Positions 11,885-26,064 are shown, counted from the first letter of the stretch. The stretch: 64,000 nt of DNA from Ruditapes philippinarum (GCF_026571515.1 NW_026860481.1:248001-312000), one strand, 5' to 3'. Numbers and translations are program-made. Notes: generated from the letters alone by a model not told the origin.

Positions 11885-14800
11885 GTACTGTGCATACATC
11901 ATATCATATATTATTGGAATAGGCTTACTAATTCCTATTTAACTTTCAAGATTATTCGGATTCACAGAGCAACTTTTCTAGGCTAAATTCTCTGCAAAAC
12001 CAGTCTTTTTGTTAAAAGTAAATGACAGATACCTTGAAATGTGTTCTGTTTGTGGATATAAGTGCGTCCCTTTTCTTTTGACCTAGCATAGACTTAAACT
12101 GTAAAACACATCTATTTGTCATAGATCAATACATGGATCTCATCAATGCCACATATTTTGTAGCGTCACGTCCATTTGTGTAAAATGGAACAAATGTACG
12201 TTTAAAACCATTACTTTAATTGTCGTGTTGCAGAATTTTAATGGCTTTCTTTCCTGTGTGACCTTTTTACCTCTGTCACGTAAAATCCCATCAATATTCA
12301 TTACGTCTGTACAAATGTCCTCACTATATTTCTTTTATTTTGTGAATATAACCTAAGTTTTTTGACAGTTGTTTAATGTAATATTCTTAACATGATAAAT
12401 TACTTTTACATTATGTGAATTCAGTTGTAAAAATGTAGCTTTGAGACAAAGAGGTTACTTCGTGAGTGTTCAATTTATAATTTTGACATTTGCCAGCCAG
12501 CATTATAGAGCGTGGCCAGTATACACATATCTGCAGACTAAACTGACTGTATACTGGTGGGAACTAAAACTAATCTATTTCAGTTACAGCTGTGTATTAG
12601 TTAATAAAAACTTTTTTTTTGTTATATCGGTTTGGAATGAACTAAAAGTCCAAATGGCAATATACATTTGATTAATGCATTATACCTGTTTTATGACAAC
12701 AAAAAAAAAAGATGTGAAAAAAGAATCTGTTACTCGTCTTATTTCATCTAATGGATCATAAGACAGTGAATGATAAGCAATAAAATTTCTCGTTAACCGT
12801 AAAAAAACGGAACTTCAATTGCATGATGAAATATATAACGTCTGAAATAAATTAAGTGCATTAATGCATATTTGATAATTGGAAACGACTCACTAAACCG
12901 TTCTGGATGCAAACTGATGTTGCAGTTGACACATGCAATTACCTTTAATATATTACTATAGATTCATTTGCACTCAAGTCAAACAAAGTTTGTACAAATT
13001 AATTGGCAAACAGGTGGGAAAAAATGGACGAATATTGCTTTCTAATAATTTAAAGCAACATTTACATCATATAAATTGCCATGTACTCATAAAAGTATAC
13101 GATTATTTAAAAAAAAAATCTATAAAAACTGTACTTGTAGAAAAACACTTGGATACTTCTTGTTAACAAAAACACCCAAAATGAAAATCAGAATTAAGCA
13201 GCCAACAATATAGAGTCTGGTCATAGTAAATATCCTCCGGTCTTGCTGTTGGTATTTTGAGTGGCACTGTAAAACCAAAATACCCAAACGTTTCGTGAAA
13301 ATAAATGGCCGCAGAAGATAAAAGTGTAAATATCTGCTCAATTCCAAATTCTTTGGCAGGTTTTGATGAGTACAAGAGGACTGTTTACTTTAGAATACTG
13401 GTACAGCTCAAAAATGTATGATTATTATCAAATCCTCTGACCTTTTGTCTTTTTAGATTATCGTTAATGTTCGCAAAGTAAAATAAACTACAATAAAGAA
13501 CAAACACAGCAAAAATTCATTGAACCAATTGATATGAGATTGTACAAAAATATGATATATGTGAATAGTATATAAATCAGACATAAGAGGAAAGTAAAAA
13601 AAAACAAAACAAAAAAAAAACAAAAAAACCAAAAAGCAAAACAAAAAAAACCCCAAAACAACAACAACATAAAATTGTATGTGAATGACAATATCAATAA
13701 ATCAATTACAATCGCTAGTTTAACTTTTGGATAGCATTAAACATCCATAAATACGGTGTCTCGATTTTTTTCCATTTAATTTTCAACATAAAGACAATGG
13801 CTATAAAATGAAGTGAATCCATATGGTAAATAATGAAACCTTTTATTTGTCAGTTTATTTGATATCTGTACGTTTTTAAGCAATTTTTCTTTTATTAACA
13901 TAATAATGACTTTTCTTCGCTTTGTAACGAAACCACCAATTAATGTAAAAATAAGTATGACCAAACACCAATCGTATAAAGAGTTGAGCAAGATCATTCA
14001 CATTATTAAGAGATATTGCATAAACGAACCAATAGTTTCTCGATCTTACATTTCGTCTTGTCTCTCGGTTTCCTGCTTTTGCAATAACATTGATTCACAA
14101 AGAGAAAAAATAGACATATTTTATCAGAATGTTTGTGTGAATGTTCGTGTTTATGCGGTTTAAACTTTACAATGTTTTCTTTATAAAGTTTTTATTTTGA
14201 ACCAGGCGGTCAATATCCAACAATATATAAAAATATCCACAATAGTATGAAGAATGTTATATAATCATAATAATTATCATAACAGATTGACAAAAATGTT
14301 AATTAAATCATTAAATATATACTAATATTTATTAAATTTGTTTGCATATTTTAACTGTAAAATAAATTGTTATCATCAAAATATGCATACAACATACAGA
14401 AGATGTCACATGAATCTTAACCTTGATCCAAAAACATGATTGAAATTGTACATTTTAATAAAACTCTACAGTTTAATCACCTATCTATAAACAAGAAACA
14501 TTGTTGAAATGAAAATCAAACTAACATTTTTAAGTTTAAATAATGCAAATGATTAATTGACTGATTGATCATCACAAGACTTTTACATGAAAAAAAATCA
14601 TCGTCCTGAACAAAATACGCTTAACATTGCACTTTTAAATTTTTATCGAAAACATATCTTAGCCTTTTTGTGTATATCTTTGGAAGTGTTATTTAATTTC
14701 GTTATTTATATAAAGGTTCATGGATTTCGTAAACAATACTTGAACGTCTTGAGAAAAATACTTAAATAGAAGTATAATTATTTCAGAAAGGGTAATTGCG

Positions 14801-15760
14801 AAACAAGTAAAATATTTTTGTATAATTCCAAACATTAATTCAGTGAAATTATTATTTGTGAATTCATAAAAAATGCTTAATTTAAAATTGTGAGTGGTGA
14901 CAGATATATTGTCCTATTTAATGTAATCAATCATTTTATATTGGCATACATTGTTCAGCAATTTGCACTAAATGTTGTCATAAACCATAATTATCAAAAT
15001 CTAATGTTTTGAAACATTCATGTTGATACTGCGTAAAGATAATTACATAAAATATATTGCTTTATAATTAAATATTCAGATCGAAGTTGCAATTTGTGCT
15101 TGTAATTAGCTTTAAAAATCGTAAATTGTTGAAAAACTACACCACCTTAGCACGACAAAATGTTGTTAAAGCAGGTGATATAAAACAATAAAGATTGCCT
15201 TGTCAATGCTTCATGCTTTATTTATAATATCAATCGTCTTTCTCATTTGCATACAGTTTTCTTTTCATTAAAACATAATTATTATCGTTCGGTTAATCTA
15301 TTGCAGTGTAAGAAAAGATAAAGCTTGTGAAGAAATAATATTTAAGAAGAGTCGTGTTTCTTTAATTATTCATATCATAAAACTGTTTTTCATTTAAAAT
15401 TATTTTAGTATTGGAACAAACAAAGTTGCTATAACTACAACCTACAAAAGCATGGTATGCGAATTATTTCAAATAATATTCAAATGTAATTTTCAAAATG
15501 CCAATAACGAAGAAAAATAATAAACAAGTAGAAAATCAGTTAATATTTGCATGCTACATCAAAATGCATTTAATTTATTAGTATTGTGAATATCGATACA
15601 TATATATGCACTTTTATTCTACCTTTCGTAATGTTCGTTTTCAGAGGGATACTCAGTTCAATATGATGTTCTGGTTATACCTAGAATATATTTTGTCAGC
15701 TTTTGTATTATTCATGTTATTTATCAGTCATTAAAAGACTTGAGCTTGTTTTATGAGTAA
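11859..15760 (+). CDS. Speculative 3-exon 76-aa small-protein gene (11859-11878, 15080-15174, 15645-15760)
   Basis: Phase-compatible GT-AG joins give MMLTRYISKLQFVLVISFKNRKLLKNYTTLARQNVVKAEGYSVQYDVLVIPRIYFVSFCIIHVIYQSLKDLSLFYE*. The three exons fall in blocks conserved in unit 2, where the frame is broken. No homology recognised. Confidence 0.15.
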
Positions 15761-16884
15761 ATATGACTTGTATTGTATCATTAGTTCATACATTAACATG
15801 ATGTAAATGAGACAAGTACCAGAGTTTTAATACAGAAACAGTTTATATACTCGTATGTTTCTGCTCTGGTCGTTTTATTAACAATAAATAATGTAAGTGT
15901 TCTGATATAAAGAACACAGAAGCAAATCATCTTGATGAGATTATCAACTATTTTGCTTTGAGAATGTGACTTTTGCATTACAATTAAAATATACTACAAT
16001 ATATATAAAATACTTCTTTTTAAAGAGCGGATCATACCGATTACAGTCAATATATAACTAGTTCTACAAAGACTGTTTGTAATAAAAACATTAGATATTT
16101 TTAATGCACAAATGCTTGCACAAGCGGACAGTTCTGTATGCACCGACATAGCTAGATGTAAATAACGCTCAATAATACAAATGTTTTATAATAAAAGAAT
16201 ACTGCCATATCTCTTACCAAGATATATAAACAAAAATGTTAATCCTTTGTCCATGGTGATTACTAAAAAGAATATCAATTTAGGCAGTCATGTGGCTCAT
16301 TGAATTATCAGCAACTTGTATTTCTGCTTTGTTGATGGATTGATATCATGGCCAATTATCATCTGTTCATTTTCCATAAATAGATATTCTAAACATGATG
16401 GGATATAAACTCTGGTAATGCAATATACATTAAGATCTAGTCGGAAGGGCAACCAGTATATTTGCATGTACGTAATCTACAGTTATTATCATTCAAATTA
16501 AGCGTATCCGCTGTTTTATGTATGTCTAAATGACTTTTCAAACTGTAATTTTCTTAACAACGTTAAAAGGAAATTAATCATTAAAATGTCTTGCTTCTTT
16601 TGAATTATCTTTGTACCTAACTTGATTAAATAATTGTCTGAATTTGCATTTGAAAGCTTTTCTTTCGTCTGATACACAAGTTTCTTGTCTGGGGCTACTT
16701 AATTTGCCTTGAATCTCAAATAATTTCAATAACCTCAAATTATTATAGTGCGTTCCTATGTTGGAGACTTCGCTACTATGATTGGGTGGATGATATATTG
16801 AATAATAATCTGACAGTTTAACAAAAATAATCAATCAAAAACTTGTACATTATTTTAAAGAAAAATGCATAAAATGTATTAAAT

Positions 16885-17017
16885 NNNNNNNNNNNNNNNN
16901 NNNNNNNNNNNNNNNNNNNNNNNNNNNNNNNNNNNNNNNNNNNNNNNNNNNNNNNNNNNNNNNNNNNNNNNNNNNNNNNNNNNNNNNNNNNNNNNNNNNN
17001 NNNNNNNNNNNNNNNNN
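16885..17017. other. Assembly gap (N run)
   Basis: Run of N. Confidence 1.
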
Positions 17018-17109
17018 CGTCATTGTCATTATCATCATCATCAACCTCATCATAATCATCATTATCATCATCATAATCATCATCATCATCAACATCATCA
17101 TCATCATCA
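17018..17109. repeat. Imperfect (ATC)n microsatellite abutting the gap
   Basis: catcatcatcaacctcatcataatcatc... Confidence 0.95.
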
Positions 17110-17399
17110 CTTAGTGTCGTATCTTTAATAAGTTCTACAGGCAGAAAGTGTGAGCTTGTCATCAAATACAAACTATTGTTTACTCTTTGATTATAAGTGC
17201 ATTTGCGTCTGTCATGACCAATATAATTTCATATTACCTCATAATTTGTACTAGATTGCCGTGATATACATGCGAATACGGACTATGACAAAGTAACATC
17301 AAATATTTCTCCTTTTCTGCTTTTGTATTTGGTTACGATTCACAAAAGTTGAAGGTGAATTCACGTTAATTTGGAGTTTCACTGACCTGAGAAATTGCT

Positions 17400-17666
17400 T
17401 CATAAGTGTTATTGTATAATTATATTGCTTGAAAGATAATTATATCGGACATGTGTATCAAGACATACATACACAGGCATGTTTGAAATATTCTTAAATT
17501 GTAAATAATGAGTGAATAAAACATTTAATCTATATTTCTCCCTACTTAATTTCTACTTGTAAAATCTGCTTACTTTTCGTTTTGATTATGTATTGTAATC
17601 ATTATTTTATTGGACGAGGAGTTATGCTCAAGTCCGAATAAAGAAATAATTATTCTGTTCTGTTCT
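17400..17666 (+). mobile_element. Possible 3' fragment of a LINE
   Basis: Ends in AATAAAGAAATAATTA followed by TTCTGTTCTGTTCT, and homology to unit 1 resumes shortly after. The left boundary is uncertain. Confidence 0.35.
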
Positions 17667-20600
17667 ATATTAAAAAGAATTAATTAAGGTCAATAACACC
17701 AGCCTTTGAAATTAATTTTTAAATGATATTAAGCAAAAATTCATTAATATGTGTTACTTTAATCGAATATGGACATTATATTTATTAAGGATTCTTTGGT
17801 CATGTATGCTTTTAAGTGGACAAAATCCAGCCTCAATGTATTGTCTTCCGTATGGTAATTACTCATTAATGTGTGAAAAGTGACCAACAAAAGCACTCTA
17901 TTAGGTCTCTCTTATTTCTAGTCATAATAAAATATATAATTCATTGGTCAGTAAATCATCTTTATTCCTTATTAGTTTTCTTTTAGACCATATTATTTCC
18001 TACTTATTTCCTTTGGAGAGACAAGACACAATACAATAATAGGATCTATTTTTGTTTCAAACTAGTTTCATGCAAGAAAGAAACACTAAATGTACTCCGC
18101 TTTTACAACCTTAAATGATGATATTTTTTCTACGACTTAATTCAAATTTGTATTACAAATGTCGGTATTTGTCTCTTCCTGATCTTGTATATCATTTGAA
18201 TAGTTTTCCGGAAATATGCCCGAGCGCGATCTTTGTTTACAATCTGCAGTATGAATCGTGTTATCTGCTTTTATATATGTTTCACTTTATGTCTGATTTA
18301 TTTAACCACTTAAGCAGTTCATACTGTTTATAGCTGCTGGAAAAATTAAAAAAAATGTTTTAAATTAACTGCATAAAAGGATTATTTTAAATTTAATTAA
18401 ATTGTGATTTAAGATATACCGCGTACATATGGTGACTGATTATATTTGGAAAGTTAAATTTTCGTGGTGTGAAAAAAACATCATAATCACCGAATTTGTC
18501 GTGGGTACTCATTAACATTTTTTAACTATAAAGTGTACTGTCATGAACAAAATTAGAACAAATATTTGAATATTATCAAGGTCTGTGAAACATAGAATTC
18601 ATTTAATATATTTTTCCCTCGCTTTGCAAGTTTCATCACATAAATATAGTTCAGTACTTAGTGTAAAAACATGCAGCTGCGTATACCATATTTGTAGTAA
18701 AACTGGCAAAAGGAAGTAGCAATAAATAAAGAACGTGGCGCATAATTTATCCTGGCTATTTTCTATTCCCTCATACACACCTGGTTTTGGATAAAAAAGA
18801 AATGAAGATGGATGCGTTAAATGTGAAATATTTTTTATTTTGACCATCTGCTTTGACTATGCCCGTGTATATATCCTAACGGTAAACAAGGATAAATTAG
18901 CAGCGTGTGTCAAAAGAAAGTTAAAACTTTCTTGAAGATCATCTGGAATCAATTATTTATTGGTCCAATTTTTACTTTAACTTTTAACGTGACTGTGCTA
19001 GACATTTTTTAATTTACAACAAATACCAGAGTTTTTTTTAAACACTATCAGATCATGAATTTCAGTCTTTTAATATTCCAGTTGAGTTTTTTACCACCAA
19101 GTAAAGCATGGACAAAAGAATAAAATAAACTTATAAACAATATGAATTCAATAAACGCTAGCTTGACGTTTCAACAGCAGTTTTGCAACTGCATTATACA
19201 ATTTTAATTTTGGTGGCTCATCATTATAAATATCATACTAGGCTATAAATAAAGATTTTGTTAGGCCAATCATTAAACGGTATAATTGCCATTTGGGTTG
19301 ATTAAGATAAGGTTCATCAATATTTTATTTTGTACAAGAAATTATCATATTATACTATTATTGAAAATTCAAAATACTTTTGGGTCATTAAACCTCAGAA
19401 AAGACTTAAACACAACTCATAAATATACATGTTCGCATGAACAAGATGACAAATAGAAAAAGCAAATATTACTAGAATAAGTTGTTATTTAAAAAGAAAT
19501 AAAAAATCGAATTCGGGAAAATGATTAAACTTTTTGTAACAATAAAGTTACATAAAATAAATGGATTTTTTCTATTTATATAATTATGTATGTGTAATAC
19601 ATTTTTCTTTAAAACAGCAGCGCGCCAGCTTTACCTTATGTGAAATTGAAATAGGCTTAAAATGTTATAATTTATTAATCCGACCTACTTGCAATAAACA
19701 CCTGTATATAGCATTCAGATCGTTGGTCGTAACTGAGGGGAATTGAAGATATTAGAAACAAATGCCCCTGATTTACACTGTGTATGTGGTTAAAAAAATG
19801 TTTATGTTTGCTGAGCATTTTGCAATGTAATATCAATGCAAACTAATTAATTAGTCGGAACATGATGCGAAGATAATTTAATCCATTGTTCACTGTACTC
19901 ATTTCATATTACAACATCGCACAAATAAACAGTCAACAGGCCCGGAAGATTGTTTTAAATAAAAATAAAAGAACAAGACTTTAGTAAACATTAAATAGGC
20001 ACTGACCTAGTTCCCCGTGCACATTTGATATTCATCTTCGTAAACAATTTTCCTACAACAATATTTTTTCCTACAAAAACATTTATCATCGTAAAATCAA
20101 ATTGTTTAATTTTCTTTTACAGATTTCGGGAAAATTTACATCACGAACATGTTCATCAATCAATCATGTCATTATGCGAGGGAAAAAATCTACCACGATG
20201 ATAATAAAATTTGTTACTTAAAAAATAAATTGATCAGTTAACAAATACATGTATCATTTACAGTTACAAAAGATGGAGAACTTTTCGTAATGTCATTATG
20301 TTTTGTTTTTCTGTCACGACATAATAATGCATGACCATAATGCGAACTTCCCATAGCTTTTTTTATAATGCAAGGAAATTGAATACAATGTTACACAATA
20401 ATGAATTATCATATGACCATTGTCCCCTATAAGGTCGTAAAGATATTTAAGTTTGCTTTAAATGACTTGGGGCTTCTAAACGGCACTGCCTTGCCAATTG
20501 TTACACAAGAAGCGATATTTTATCAGAAAAGGCATGTAAATACCTATTCAATATTAATCATGTCACCCGGAGAGCAAAGTAAAGTCTTTATTTTATATAT

Positions 20601-23481
20601 TTTAGGTAAAGAGGTAACTTTCAAAAAAATGGTCTGTCATATTCACATGAAGACAATTGGCTTTTGAGTATTTTATAAAACACGATACGAAGTAACAACC
20701 GAACTGTTCTTTGTTTGTTTCTATAGCATCATCATTTTAATTTAAAACTTAAATGTTACCAGTGTTATTACATGCTTCAGTGAGCGAAGTTGAATTCAAA
20801 TTGGACATATTTAATCAATGAATATGTTAATTGTATGTAACAGGTAGGCAAAGAACGTGCGTTAAATCTGATCTCTTTCAATATATAATTGACGTACAAA
20901 CGTAATGTTACCAATATTTAGCAAATTGTTAAAGCAAATGTAAATGAAAGTAAATCAATCAAATATTAGGGCATTTTTGCAATATTTTTAAGGTGTTGAC
21001 TCAAAGAAACTTGAAATTTTCGACTCGTGTCACCTTATTGTAATAAAAAAAAACTTGTTGCTCACTGCAGTGTCCACAGCATTTTTTGGTTGATTTATAC
21101 CAAAGACGCATTAAGGAAAATTTGGTCGGATATTGTAATGTCACACAAAGATTCATTATTTTCATGGCAGAACCCATATAATAATTTGCTATGCAATTGG
21201 TCTTGAAAAAAGAGTGACTTAGTCCATTGAGACTGTTTCTTTATATCGTAAATTAAATAAATTGTCCACTTAACATTAATTCGCATTGTTATCAATACTT
21301 CTGTATGGATAATGCATTTGATGCCCGTCATATTTAAGCAAACAGTATTTTTGAAAATCCAGTATAGTGTTTTTTTAATGATGAACTGTCACACCACTTA
21401 GCAAATGTCTGTTTTGCTCCCAAAGTGGAATGCATTCCCTTTCAATACTGTTTTTGGTTATTGTTTTTCTTGTCCTGTATTATTAACATACAAAAAATTT
21501 TAATTATCTAAATTTGGGCACCAAACATAAACGACCCAAAATAAATTAAAAATTTGATAAAAACAGCCGTTTAAAAATTTTTATAATAACCCTTGAAACA
21601 TCCTTTTAAGGGGTCCAAAAATATCTGCTCACAGTTCATACGCATTACAGTTCCGAATTTGATAATGTCTATTGTCAGATTTACATCATATTTTAAAAAT
21701 ATAAAATGATATAGTAGGGTAATATTTCACAACAAATGAATATTTTATATGATTCCGTCTGCTATATATATTAATTGTAATATTTCTTTTATCCTATTCA
21801 GACCATTTCGTATATTACTGTATATACCATGGATCGAAGAAAATTTTTAATTTTATGGATAAGCTGTAAGCTGTTATATCAAACAGAGAATAAACCACCG
21901 TCTTAATCGAATAACATACATAAGTAAGTGTTCCCAGCAGGCCTTCTTAAAGGCGGCCAACTTAAATCAAACAACATATAAAACATAAAGTTTGAAAATA
22001 TTATTACATATCTTGGACACATAAAACGGAAAAATATGAAATATTAATAAAGAAATATACTCAAAATTAGATTGCCAATCGATATGTGTGCCTTTTAAAG
22101 CCCGATTGTAGTTAAAAGCGTACACAGGACTTTTTGAAGGTTTTTAGCCACAATTAAAATGATTATTCTGGAAAAAAAAACAGATATGAAAATAATCTTA
22201 AAAGTTCCATACAAGTTACTGGCGTATACCTACAACAAACGGTTTAAAATTATCGACAATATATTTTTAGTCCCGCCATTTAAAATAAAAATAGGGTAGT
22301 CCTTTTTAACCTACTTTGTTTAATCCATTGTTGGCATTTATGTTCATAACGTCTTTTTATGTTTTATTACAATTTCGCAGATTATTTTCTTTTATTAGAT
22401 ATTTGATTAGTGGAATCGTATCTTACTTGGTAATGGCCTACTATTACTATATATCGAATAGAATAATCTAATTTAAGTTACGGTGTTTAACAAGTAAGAT
22501 TATTTCTATATATTAATATGAATCACAATACCTTTTTAGAGCCTAAGATCAAACATATTGCTGAACCTCACTCGTTTTGTACTATCTGCAGCTTTGACGT
22601 TCGAAACATAAACATGTTAAGGAAATTACACAACTCTATTCCGCTGTAAGGCTTGGCATAATTTCATTTTATTGGCAAACTGGAATTTTAGCACATCTTA
22701 CGGAACATACCGAACGTTTACGAACGATTAGTATATCTTGGCACTGACCGTATTGACATGTTAATAAAATCTAACAGTAAGACAAAAATGTTAGGAGATG
22801 CCTCTAAAGGTTTTTACAAGGAGGATATTCAATTACCTTGACAAAGAGATAATTCATAGTCTCTACTTATCTTATGAAATTATGTTTTATATGACACAAG
22901 TGAAATGATATGACAGGTATTTGCATATGAACGACATTTCCCGTCAACAATATATTTTCATGTCTAATTCTACTTAATATGCATTGATTTCTGGTTTGTT
23001 TGCTATATTACCAATTATTGCAATTATTGTTGCTGAGGAAATTGGAAATTAATCTAATCTCTAAAAATTAATATGGTTGTTTAGTAACATTGTTGATTGA
23101 ATATATAACATTATCTATAGTAAAATATAGTCTAAAAGCAAAAATAAACGTTATTACGTTATTTATACCTTAGATTGAATATGTGTTCATACTAATTTTG
23201 CAAACAGTAATGAAAACAGTAAATACGAAATAGAAAAAATAATAACTTATCTTTGTAATTTTAATTTATGTTAGTCTTGTTTGACTCAAAGTGTGAACTT
23301 CTACAAATATTAAAAGTGATCTCATTTGGTGTTCCATTAGCCTTAACTTATCATTAAATTAACTTATTATTACGATGTTTATATTATTTATCATATGTAA
23401 AGTTTTCACATTTTGAGATTTGATGTGTCTTGTAAAGATCTTATAAAAATGAGTCAGCAAATAATATATTTGCCATAATCT

Positions 23482-26064
23482 GTGAATGCAATACATAGGG
23501 TAAAATGTGTATTAGCTGAAATGAATAAACTAAAAGAACAAACAGTAATTTCACAAGAACAAATTGATCATGTTGTTAATGAAACTGGAAATATTTTCAT
23601 GGATGCCAGTCAGAAAACATTCAACAAAAAACAAATAAGTAGACCAAATAATGGTGAAACTAAAATAAAACATAAAAAAGAATTTCAACCATGGTTTAGA
23701 GGAGACTGTAAAATTCTAAGAAACCAATATCATAATGCTAGGAAAATGTATAACAAAAATAAATCAGAGGAAAATAAAAATATATTAAAAGTAATCAGTA
23801 AGCAATATAAAAGTAAAATTAATTCAAGTTATAAAACTTTTGAATATCAAAAAATAGAAAGATTAAGAAACTTAAAAAGTACCAATACTAGAGACTATTG
23901 GAAAATAATAAATAGCATAGGTGATAAAAAAGAAAATCAACAAGCAAAACTTGAAGACCTGTATGATTTTTTTAAAGAAATTAACTCTGACAAGAATAAC
24001 GACAATAACAATTTAGATGAAAATGATACCCAAGATAACAATATAAATCCCAATTATAACATTTTAGAAGATAGGATAGGGGAAATAAACAATGATATAA
24101 ATAAGCCTATCACAGAAGAGGAAATAGTTAAAACAATTAAAACACTTAAAAATAATAAAAGTTCGGGTACTGACAACATCCTATATGAACATATTAAAAA
24201 TTCTGTAGATACTATGCTTCCAATTTATATTGAACTGTTCAATCTTATATTAAATCATGGAATAATACCAACCAACTGGACTGAAGGTGAAATAGTCCCT
24301 ATTTACAAAAATAAAGGAAGTATCCATTCCCCAGAGAACTACCGTCCAATAACTCTCCTTAGTTGTTTTGGCAAGCTGTTTACAGCAATCATTAATACTA
24401 GACTTAATACATTTGCTGAAGAAGCAGATCTAATCAATAATTGTCAAGCAGGTTTCAGAAAAAATCATTCAACCATTGACAACTTGTTTGTTTTACAATG
24501 CCTGATAGATATACTTAGTGCAAGTAAAAAAAAACTTTTTTGTGTTTTTATAGACTTTAAACAGGCATTTGATACTGTATGGAGAGAGGGTCTGTGGACA
24601 AAACTGCTTAAATATAATATTAATGGAAAATGTTTCAATCTTATAAAAAATATGTATAACAATATAAAATCAAGAATTAAGACAAATGAAGGTTTATCAA
24701 ACTTCTTTCCATGTATGACAGGTGTTAGGCAAGGCGAAAACTTATCTCCTCTTTTATTTTCAATATACTTGAATGATTTGGAAAACTTTTTAAGCTTCGG
24801 AAATGTAAATGGCGTAACTTGCACTGTCAGAACCAATGAAATTGGAATTTTTTTTAAACTTTTTATAATATTATATGCAGATGATACCATATTACTAAGT
24901 GAAAGTAGTGATGACCTACAAAATTCACTAAATCTTTTTGAACAATATTGTGATAAATGGAAATTAACAGTAAACACCAGTAAAACAAAGGTAGTTGTAT
25001 TTGGATCAAGGAGTAACATTTATCAAAACAAGTTTAAATTCAAAGAAGCAAATCTTGAAACCACTGATCAATATAAATATTTAGGTGTCTATCTATCAAG
25101 AACAAAAAGTTACATTAAAGCCAAAAAGCATGTAGTAGAACAAGCTAATAAAGCAATGTTTTCTCTCTTAAGAAAAATAAGAGCTCTAAACTTGTCATTT
25201 GATTTACAGATAGATATATTTAATAAAACTATTAAACCAATACTACTTTATGGCTGTGAGGTTTGGGGTTTTGGAAACAATGAAATAATTGAAAGAAACA
25301 CAACTAAATTTATGAAACTTATTCTCAATCTTAAAAAATCTACCCCATCTCATATGATTTATGGCGAATTAGGAATTAAACCGATACAAACAGATATTGA
25401 TACAAGAATTATCTCTTTCTGGAGTAAAGTTACTGACCCAACTAGCAATAAATTGTCAAATAATTTATATCTCATAATCAATGGTATGCAGAATCAAGGG
25501 ACTTTAAATTCAAAATGGCTTGATCATACAAAAAGTCTTATTTTTAAACATGGATTTGGGAATATTTGGGAAAATCAATCTGACATAAATAGAAAATGGT
25601 TTCCATTAGCATTTAAACAAAGAATACATGACCAGTACATACAAACATGGAATGATAATGTGTCAAGGTCTACAGGCAGTATCAATTATAAACTTATGAA
25701 AAGAAATTTCGAAATTAATAAATATTTTCAACTTATACCAAATTATTTTTGTAAAATATTAACATCTTTTAGAACAAGGAATCATAGACTACCTATTGAA
25801 ACAGGAAGGTGGAGTGGTGTTCCTTTAAATGACAGGAAATGTATTTTGTGCAATGACAATGATATTGGTGACGAATACCACTATGTTCTTAAATGTAAGG
25901 CCCTTTCTGAACAAAGAAAACAATTCATCAAGTCATATTTTTATAAAAATCCAAACACAGTAAAATTTTATGAGCTTTTTAATAGTGAAAATAAAAATGA
26001 ACTTATCAAACTTTGTAAGTTTATTGAAAAAGTTAACAATGCTATTAAGAATAACTCAATTTAG
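23482..26064 (+). CDS. LINE ORF2 (reverse transcriptase plus C-terminal Cys/His motif), 5'-truncated, no endonuclease domain
   Basis: RT motifs NYRPITLLS, QAGFR, FIDFKQAFDTV, GVRQGENLSPLLF, LYADD, YKYLG, IKPILLYGCEVWG. C-terminal LPIETGRW...CILC...DEYHYVLKC. The first few codons derive from flanking DNA. Confidence 0.96.
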   Translation: MNAIHRVKCVLAEMNKLKEQTVISQEQIDHVVNETGNIFMDASQKTFNKKQISRPNNGETKIKHKKEFQPWFRGDCKILRNQYHNARKMYNKNKSEENKNILKVISKQYKSKINSSYKTFEYQKIERLRNLKSTNTRDYWKIINSIGDKKENQQAKLEDLYDFFKEINSDKNNDNNNLDENDTQDNNINPNYNILEDRIGEINNDINKPITEEEIVKTIKTLKNNKSSGTDNILYEHIKNSVDTMLPIYIELFNLILNHGIIPTNWTEGEIVPIYKNKGSIHSPENYRPITLLSCFGKLFTAIINTRLNTFAEEADLINNCQAGFRKNHSTIDNLFVLQCLIDILSASKKKLFCVFIDFKQAFDTVWREGLWTKLLKYNINGKCFNLIKNMYNNIKSRIKTNEGLSNFFPCMTGVRQGENLSPLLFSIYLNDLENFLSFGNVNGVTCTVRTNEIGIFFKLFIILYADDTILLSESSDDLQNSLNLFEQYCDKWKLTVNTSKTKVVVFGSRSNIYQNKFKFKEANLETTDQYKYLGVYLSRTKSYIKAKKHVVEQANKAMFSLLRKIRALNLSFDLQIDIFNKTIKPILLYGCEVWGFGNNEIIERNTTKFMKLILNLKKSTPSHMIYGELGIKPIQTDIDTRIISFWSKVTDPTSNKLSNNLYLIINGMQNQGTLNSKWLDHTKSLIFKHGFGNIWENQSDINRKWFPLAFKQRIHDQYIQTWNDNVSRSTGSINYKLMKRNFEINKYFQLIPNYFCKILTSFRTRNHRLPIETGRWSGVPLNDRKCILCNDNDIGDEYHYVLKCKALSEQRKQFIKSYFYKNPNTVKFYELFNSENKNELIKLCKFIEKVNNAIKNNSI

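Larger units (their letters stand above)
2760..16530. repeat. Segmental tandem duplication, unit 1 of 3
   Basis: Collinear blocks shared with units 2 and 3: 2760-2930/16700-16830/32830-32980; 3650-4330/17690-18420/33925-34190+35470-35660; 5000-5470/18590-19090/35885-36410; 8455-8890/19230-19700/36790-37260. Shared with unit 2 only: 11660-11890/28360-28600; 12750-13090/29180-29555; 14950-15270/30590-30895; 15630-15975/31150-31490. Confidence 0.88.

Noticed and set aside
13163-13375. 70-aa minus-strand ORF with protein-like composition
   Set aside because: No ATG start, no splice context, no conservation in unit 2.
16818-17171. Poly-Asp and poly-Met ORFs
   Set aside because: Translation of an (ATC)n microsatellite running into an N gap.
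21947-22309. Possible TTAA-flanked Kolobok-like element; similar weak cases at 30083-30211 and a lone Harbinger-like end at ~58756
   Set aside because: Terminal repeats are too degenerate or one-sided to support.
24465-25019. 184-aa antisense ORF, plus + strand ORFs at 62366-63843
   Set aside because: Shadow ORFs opposite LINE RT coding sequence.
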